A stretch of 61,958 nucleotides of DNA, counting the filler, from Podarcis melisellensis (lineage: Eukaryota): NCBI GenBank assembly GCA_964234715.1. It is 5 parts of 5 records of this genome, joined end to end, with 100 filler letters (N's around TTAATTAATTAA, not from the genome) between each part and the next. Parts side by side here need not be neighbours in the genome. Positions count along the whole stretch, not along the records: positions 30,651 to 58,794 come from OZ174278.1; positions 58,895 to 61,958 come from OZ174276.1; 3 more parts are not named here. One strand, written 5' to 3'. The notes under the pieces were generated by a model. The model was given only the letters and a program-made list of their open reading frames with translations, did no database searches and was not told the origin of the DNA. Made by a program: the position numbers and the translations under genes. Numbering within the stretch: the first letter of the stretch is position 1; each line of letters begins with the position of its first letter. This document shows positions 55,061 to 61,958 of the stretch, in pieces.

Positions 55061-56892
55061 GTATTTGAAAAACACTGCACCTTAAAACAAACAGAAGCAT
55101 TGACGTGGTCAAAATGATCAATATTAGTCATTCCTTAAAATTTAAACTAAAACAAAACGGACAGTAAGCAACTTGTACAAAAGAGAATGATTATGTTACT
55201 GCACTGCGAGCACATCAGTTTTCTTTTTCTTTTTTGCAAATGTATCTTCAGTTTAAATGCAAGTATTTATTTACAAAAATCAGCCTCGGCTCCTCTGAGA
55301 GGTGGACGGTGCCTCAGGGTTTAAACATTTTGGCAATATTTCAGAAATAACTATTTCCAAGACATAGAACTATTGTGTCGAAGTTCTAGAGTGTCCTTGT
55401 GTGTTTAATTATATAACGTCCCCCGCCCACCAGCAGTTGTTTGGCTTGAGACGGAAGTTTCCATCGGAGCAGCTCACTGAGACAGTAGCACAAAGGGTCA
55501 ATGCCAAGGTCCTGATCCAGTTCAAGCCTCCTGATCCATGACAACTATTTAGAGTAAAGTGGGGCGGACAGGCGGGAAAGGAGAGAGGTACAGCTATCTT
55601 GGAGTCCCTTCCTTGGGGTCTCTTCCAAATCTATAATTCTATGAACTTTCAGGAACACATGCTTAGTTTTCCCTTTAGCACACCTTCTTCCTTCTTTCAT
55701 TCTTCCGCTCTCGGTCCAGGATATAAAATCCCAATTTTTACACCTACTGGTTACATCTTGCATGTTTACGAAGTGTTCCGGGAAACTAAAGAATCCTCTT
55801 GTTGCTGTTTTTGGGGCCAGCAGAACAGAAGGAACATCACTGGAACATTGCCCTGCAGTTATGCAGAATTGAGATTGTAGGACAAATACATAGGAAAGTG
55901 CCTTGTTCGGAGCAAGACCATTGGTTGGTCTTGTCAACAGTGACTGCCAGCAGCTCTCCAGCAATTCATACAAGACCTTTCCAGTCCTACCTTGAGATAC
56001 CCAGGATTGAACCAGGAGCTTCTGCATGAAAAGCATTTGCTCTACCTATGGCCCTTCCTGGGACATATAAAATAATCACACAGCAATAATTGCTTACAAA
56101 TATTAAATGGAATAGGTGGAACATGGATTGAAACTGCTCTTGTAGATCCTCCTTAGGTGTTAAAAAAGTTTTGTTTTCGTTTTAGATTTTGAGCAGTTTT
56201 CCACTTAACTGTTCTGGTACAGGTGCCCCTGCCCCCTCTTAAATTGCCTTAATTGACATTTAAGTAGTACATTAATCTTTCCAGGAACTATTCTGCTAGT
56301 CCATTTGTTTTCATTAGGAGAGAAAAGGGCAGGGCAATCTTCAAAGTTCTTTACTTCCACCAGTCCCTACTCATGTGCATATGGCTCTGAACATCCGATG
56401 GAGGCATTTTGAGTCCTGTGTAGTTCAGTGAAGCTTGCATCATTAAGGTAGTGTGAGGATTGGCTTACACTTTTTTCTTTTCTTTTTTAATTGGTGCATT
56501 GGCTGCCGTGGCTTTAAATCCTGAACATTTATACCTTGTTGGGGGGAAATGTACAGCAACACTGTTCACGATGCTAAAGATCATCCATGGAATGAATGAT
56601 CGTTTCATTGCAGGATATGACTTTGTGATATTCACTGCAATTTTTAACTTCGTATTGTTTTGCCCTACCAATTCTCCAATGAACTCAGGACAGCACCTAT
56701 TTTCCCCATTCTCAAATACATCAGCCTATATGGTCTCCGTTTTCCAGAAATGCTTAGAGGTATTTGTTCTGGGCAGGATAGTCCATAGGAACTGACTTAC
56801 AAAAGAATCTATTTGGAAATGAATGAGCGGTTGGGTGGAATGTCCTTTTAGCGCAATCTGGATCTTACTGTTATCCATCCAGAGCAATACTA

Positions 56893-57531
56893 CCGTATTT
56901 TTCGCTCCATAAGATGCACAACGTTTTTAGAGGAGGAAAACAAGAAAAAATATTTTGAACAAAACAGTGGATGTATGATTTTTTGGGTGCAGGCTGTAGC
57001 CATGGACATGCTATGTGACCTGATGGTGAATTTGGGGTGACCCAATGTAAAAATCCTGAGGATCCATGGGCTTTTACCTCCCCCCTCCCAGGCAGCCTCT
57101 GCTAGCGTCCCTTATCTCTCTCCCGATCCCACCGATCAGCTGCTTCCTTTCAACACTCCCTTCCCTCTTGTTTGCCTTACTGTCTTTTCCTTAGATGGAA
57201 CAGTTTTTTGCTCCTCCTTTTCTTCTAATTTCTCTCCTCATTGATTTAGTCTTCCTGTTTCCCCCCTTTGCAAGGTTGCTGTGTTTACCTCCCCCCTCCC
57301 AGGCAGCCTCCTTTATTGCTAGCATCCCTTATCTCCCTCCCCGATCGCTTGCTGATTAGCGGCTTTGTTTCCACACCTACTTCCCTCTCCTCCTTTTTTA
57401 AAAGCATGATCTGCTTTTTGCCCTAGGGCAAATCGGCTCCAGGGACCACGCATTCGCTCCATAAGACGCACAGACATTTCCCTTCACTTTTTAGGAAGAA
57501 AAAAGCGCATCTTATGGAGCGAAAAATACGG
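56893..57531. mobile_element. Pogo/Tigger-like non-autonomous DNA transposon
   Basis: TIRs CCGTATTTTTCGCTCCATAAGATGC / GCATCTTATGGAGCGAAAAATACGG with TA flanks; internal duplication at about 57074-57130 and 57285-57346. A related right-end fragment lies at about 59015-59095. Confidence 0.88.
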
Positions 57532-58794
57532 TATTTCTGCATTTTCATAGCAAATGGCTGGGTCCAAATGCCACAGAATGCACAGCTAACCCAAACCTAT
57601 CTTTCATTGCTGGGATGATTCAGCACTAGGCCATGCCAGCTTCCAACTTCAGATCACAGTAATGCAGGGCGCAATTCAAGCAAAGTTAAGCACCTTTAAA
57701 TCCTTTTATTTCAGTGGGGAGAACTAAGCACATTTTGGCTGTGTCGTGCCATGCAGGAATAAAAACCCCCAGTGTGGAGTAGGAATACTAGATTTCCCCC
57801 CTGCTTTTCCATTTTGTACACAAGAGCACACAAATTGTGTTGTAAAAAAAAAGAATACCTCTTTGCCATTTGCAAGGTGAATGGCAGCCCTAGTTGTACG
57901 CAAGAGTGACTGATGCATTGAAAACAAAGGAAAAGCTAATAAATATTGCAGTCTCTGGTGCGCAGCGTGGAAGCATAGGAAGGTGAAAAGTAGGTCTGGC
58001 AGATAAATCAGGGTGTGTTTAACATGGGAATTCCTTTCCCAACTACCTCTTTGCTGCTTGGCTGGGGATATTGTAGACCTGTCACCATAAATATTAGAAT
58101 GTTGGAGGATTTGCCTAGCCACCGGAAGTATCTAGGTGAACATAATCTTTTGAGCCAGTTGATTTAGAGATGTGTTACATCACTCCCTAGGAATTTGATT
58201 GCTCATGGATACGGTGGATTTCTAACTGTCACACTGGCACAAATGGTAATGCATTTTGCAACCTCCCCTGTCATTTGCCGGTAGGAGACTTGGATTGCAG
58301 AAGGTGACCTAAATCTTTCAGTGTGGCAGATGCTCCTGTTTGAGAAACATATGCATCTTTATCTTTACACAGTAAATTTAATGAAGAAGCTGGCTGTAAG
58401 AACAGTTTTGATAACAGGAGCATTTTTTATTTAATGGTGTGCCAGGATCTCTGCGATGCTGACTGACGAATCATTCCTAAAGCACTTTCAGACAGGTGTC
58501 CTTTTCTTCTTCTTCTTCTTCCAAATATCAAATAAAACGGTCACAGTTGTTTTGAAGGACTCGGAGCATGTCTGTGGTTAAAGGAAAAGCCAACAGTGCC
58601 TGGCTTAGAATTTTACTACGAGGATTTGCCTAACCACTGGAGCATCTGAGGAGATTAGCCACGCAGTACTAACTTCCTGATCTTTACTGCTGCAGGGGGT
58701 TAGGATAGGAAAGGCCCCTGCTGTATTTAGCTGGGCAGGATGCTACCACCAGTGCAATCCCCATGCTGGATCCAAACACAGCTGTGTTTACCTG

Positions 58795-58894
58795 NNNNNN
58801 NNNNNNNNNNNNNNNNNNNNNNNNNNNNNNNNNNNNNNTTAATTAATTAANNNNNNNNNNNNNNNNNNNNNNNNNNNNNNNNNNNNNNNNNNNN
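58795..58894. other. Artificial contig spacer
   Basis: 44 N + TTAATTAATTAA + 44 N. Confidence 0.98.
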
Positions 58895-59270
58895 GGGGAA
58901 AACAAGTAAAAAAATATTCTGAGTCTCAGAAGCCAGAACAGCAAGAGGGATCGCTGCGCAGTGAAAGCAGCAATCCCTCTTGTTCTTCTGGCTTCTGGGA
59001 TAGCTGCGCAGCCTGCATTCACTCCATAAGACACACACACATTTCCCCTTACTTTTTAGGAGGGAAAAAGTGAGTCTTATAGAGCAAAAAGTATGTTAGG
59101 TAGATGATAGATAGAAAGATAGGCAGATAGGCAAGCAGGCAGGCTGGCAAACAGGCAGACAGACAGACAGGCATGCTGTAATACTGTTTCTTCCATCACT
59201 GACTGCTTCCCCCCCCCCCCTTTCATTATTGCTATAACAGTATTAATTATTTTGTTTTATTTTTGTGCAG

Positions 59271-59351
59271 CTGGACAATCCAGACGAACAAGCCGCACAA
59301 ATTAGGCGGGAGCTCGACGGACGTCTCCAAATGGCAGATCAGATCGCCAAG
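59271..59351 (+). CDS. CADPS: Calcium-dependent secretion activator 1 (CAPS1) exon (81 bp, phase 0)
   Basis: TTTTGTGCAG acceptor and GTAAC donor. Translates [27 protein letters not shown]; NPDE and QMADQI favour CADPS over CADPS2. Confidence 0.9.
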
Positions 59352-61562
59352 GTAACAACAACCCCAACAAAGTCTGCCACTGAGAGATGCTGGGAATTGA
59401 GTCTGGGCCCTTTTGCCTGCAAAGCCTAGACTCTGATACTGAGCTGTGATGCTTCCCCCAGGGCACTGCCAAATCCTGAGCTGCTGAGCCAGTTTGGGGG
59501 AGGATGAGGAAAACCCTGTAAGGTATGGTAGGGAGGGCTCACCAGCTGCTGTGTCACATCACTCTTCTGGGAGAGAGAGAAATCGGAATCTGCGTCCCAG
59601 CCTCCCCATCTGCAAGAACAAATATGATGTAGTGTTTTCCTTACAAGCCCAGATATATCCTTAGTGCTTTTGACAGCCCATGAAGCTAAATATATTACCA
59701 ATTCCAGGCCCCTCCAGTTCATTACTGAGAAGCGCAGATGCACAACAAGTCCCTCCAGAGTAAACCACAAATCCCTGTAGGATAAATGCCTCGCTCATTG
59801 TTTACGTACCAGCATTTGCCGGGCTTCTTTGAGGAATCTCAGAAGATGGGGCTTTTCCAGGGCGATTTCTCAGCAAAGCAATCATGAGGCACCCAACTGA
59901 GCTTGTGTATTATGAATGGCTGTTGTGCTTCATTGTTTACCGCCAGCATTTTGGAGGAACACCATTCGCTTCCCCTGTTTGCCCTTGCATTGTGCATTCT
60001 GCTTTTCAAAGTCATTATCACAGCAGGCAGGAATTCCAAAAAATATATATTAAAGGCCACTTTAAAGATATGGACAAATGAGGTAGACCAAAGTGGATGC
60101 TTGCAAAAATTAACAGCGGAAACCATATATTCATTCTTTCTCCACCCCTGCTTAAAGTGGAAGGTTTGCCCTCTTTCTCCTTGAGTACATTATTGCTCCA
60201 TATTTATTAAGAAACTGCATAATACCCAAAAGGAGGTTAAATCCTAACTTTGCCTCCTTTTGGGAACACACTGATGGTAATTTGGTTTGTTTATCTTACT
60301 GTTTAACCATATTTTTATATGAATACTAATAAGATAACAGGAAAAAATATGCACATTAATTAATCTTTATAAACAGGAATACAATGTGGGCTTTCTGAAA
60401 GAAGTGCTGACAAAATCTAATTAGATACAAGTTGTCACCTAAGTCAGGGACCTTTCCAATCCAGCAACTCTTCAGAACAATGAATGCTCAACTCCCAGGT
60501 TGAAGGTACTTGAAATGTCCCTTTGTCTCAGGCTAGGAGCATCATGACATGACATATGTCATGGGCTTGGATGTGAGAACCTCAAGTTCAAATTTCACAG
60601 GCTGACCTTGGGCAAATCATTATCAGTTTCACTGTTAAGCTTTTACTAGATATGGTTGTGGCTAAATTGATAAAAAGCAAAGGTTTCTGAAGCTTTGAAC
60701 TTGGAATGGGAAGCTCCTTGTTAATTTGCCTGATAGAAAAGCTTTTTTTTTTAATAGAAGGCTTTTTTGTTTTGTTTTTAATGCTAAAGCATTTTACTAA
60801 GCCTTGAATTCTGCCTCCAGTGAATGTTGGCAGAGTATATTTATCCATCTTGCTTAAAGGCATTTTCCTAAGAGAACTATAGCTCTATTTTTTATTGCCA
60901 GGAGCCCTTTTTATGAACATTTTTTTTATGTCATTAGTGTCTTTTATGTCTTAAGTCAGAAGACATTTCTCAAAGATCATCTACAGAAGTTTGATCTTTA
61001 AAACCCGTTCCAGAACTGAACTTTGTTCGTGAAGCTGCTGATTGCTGAAACACACAGTACAAATCGTCAGAGGCAAAGACATGCTTGGAGAATGATACCC
61101 AAGTGATGCATTCAATCACACCAGCCTTCCCCAACCTGGTGCCCTTCAGATGGTGTCGGACTGTAAACTCCCATCATCTCTGGCCATTGGCCATGCTGGA
61201 TGGGGCTGATGGGAACTGTACTCTGACAATATATGGAGGGCCTAGTCGCCACAAGGACTATGCATATGCACAGGGCGCGTTTTTGTGAAATTTGAGTCCT
61301 AGCAAATTTGTGGGGTTCTAATGCTCACTCTGTTTGCTCAGGACAGAGCATATTTCAAAGAGCATGCTGTGTCTACTTCAGTAGATGTCACAGCACAGAT
61401 GCCACACATGTGAATCGTGGCACTCTGCTACAGATTCTGCTTCCCCGCAGAGCATAACAGGTTACATTTTAGAGTTAACTGAAAGTAATTAGCTTGCAAG
61501 GATGGTTTGAGGTCAGCTTTTCTCACTGGGTATTTTGAATTCAGCTAGCTAGGTACTTCAGA

Positions 61563-61817
61563 AGAGCCAGTGTGGTGTAGTGGTTAGGAACAGTGGACTC
61601 GTAATCTGGTTAACCAGGTTTGCGTCTCCGCTCCTCCACATGCAGCTGTTGGGTGACCTTGGGCTAGTCATGCTTCTCTGAAGTCTCTCAGCCTCACTCT
61701 CCTCACAGAGTGTTTGTTGTGGGGGAGGAAGGGAAAGGAGATTGTCACTCACTTTGAGACTCCTTAGGGTAGTGATAAAGCGGGATATCAAATCCAAACT
61801 CCTCCTCCTCTTCTTCA
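61563..61817 (+). mobile_element. tRNA-derived SINE (Squam3-like) with a CTC/CTT tail
   Basis: Head CCAGTGTGGTGTAGTGGTT, CORE-like GGGTGACCTTGGGCTAGTCA, pyrimidine triplet tail. Confidence 0.7.
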
Positions 61818-61958
61818 TTGTTATGTCGGTAACTAGGATAACACTGGTATTTTGCCTCTTAATGCATGCATGTGTGCAATGGTAGAGGCCTGACTGGAAA
61901 GCTCAAAGCCCACCACCGCTACACGAGAGACGGATTGAAGAAAAGGAAATATGAATTG

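Overview
Eukaryotic (vertebrate) DNA, not prokaryotic. The repeat content (Sauria/Squam1 SINEs, BovB RTE LINEs, Penelope-like elements) points to a squamate, probably a lacertid lizard. The window is five unrelated contigs joined by identical 100-bp artificial spacers (44 N + TTAATTAATTAA + 44 N). (1) 1-19997: 3' end of KCNC2/Kv3.2 on the minus strand, with one shared exon and three alternative C-terminal exons. (2) 20098-27986: two LEPR exons, preceded in the intron by a young 5'-truncated Penelope-like element with ~530-bp inverted pseudo-LTRs. (3) 28087-30550: an intact olfactory receptor gene. (4) 30651-58794: three NALCN domain-II exons. (5) 58895-61958: one CADPS exon. The most interesting non-genic signals are minimal, dimer-type hammerhead ribozyme motifs in two different Penelope-like families, a near-perfect ~530-bp fold-back in the LEPR pre-mRNA, a solo LTR flanked by a ~140-bp duplication, a hAT MITE carrying telomere-like 22-bp repeats, and candidate extra KCNC2 terminal exons. 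I found nothing that I can demonstrate is a wholly new biological system. Most ORFs in the supplied track are spurious. Gene and repeat identities come from my recall of orthologous sequences, not from database searches.
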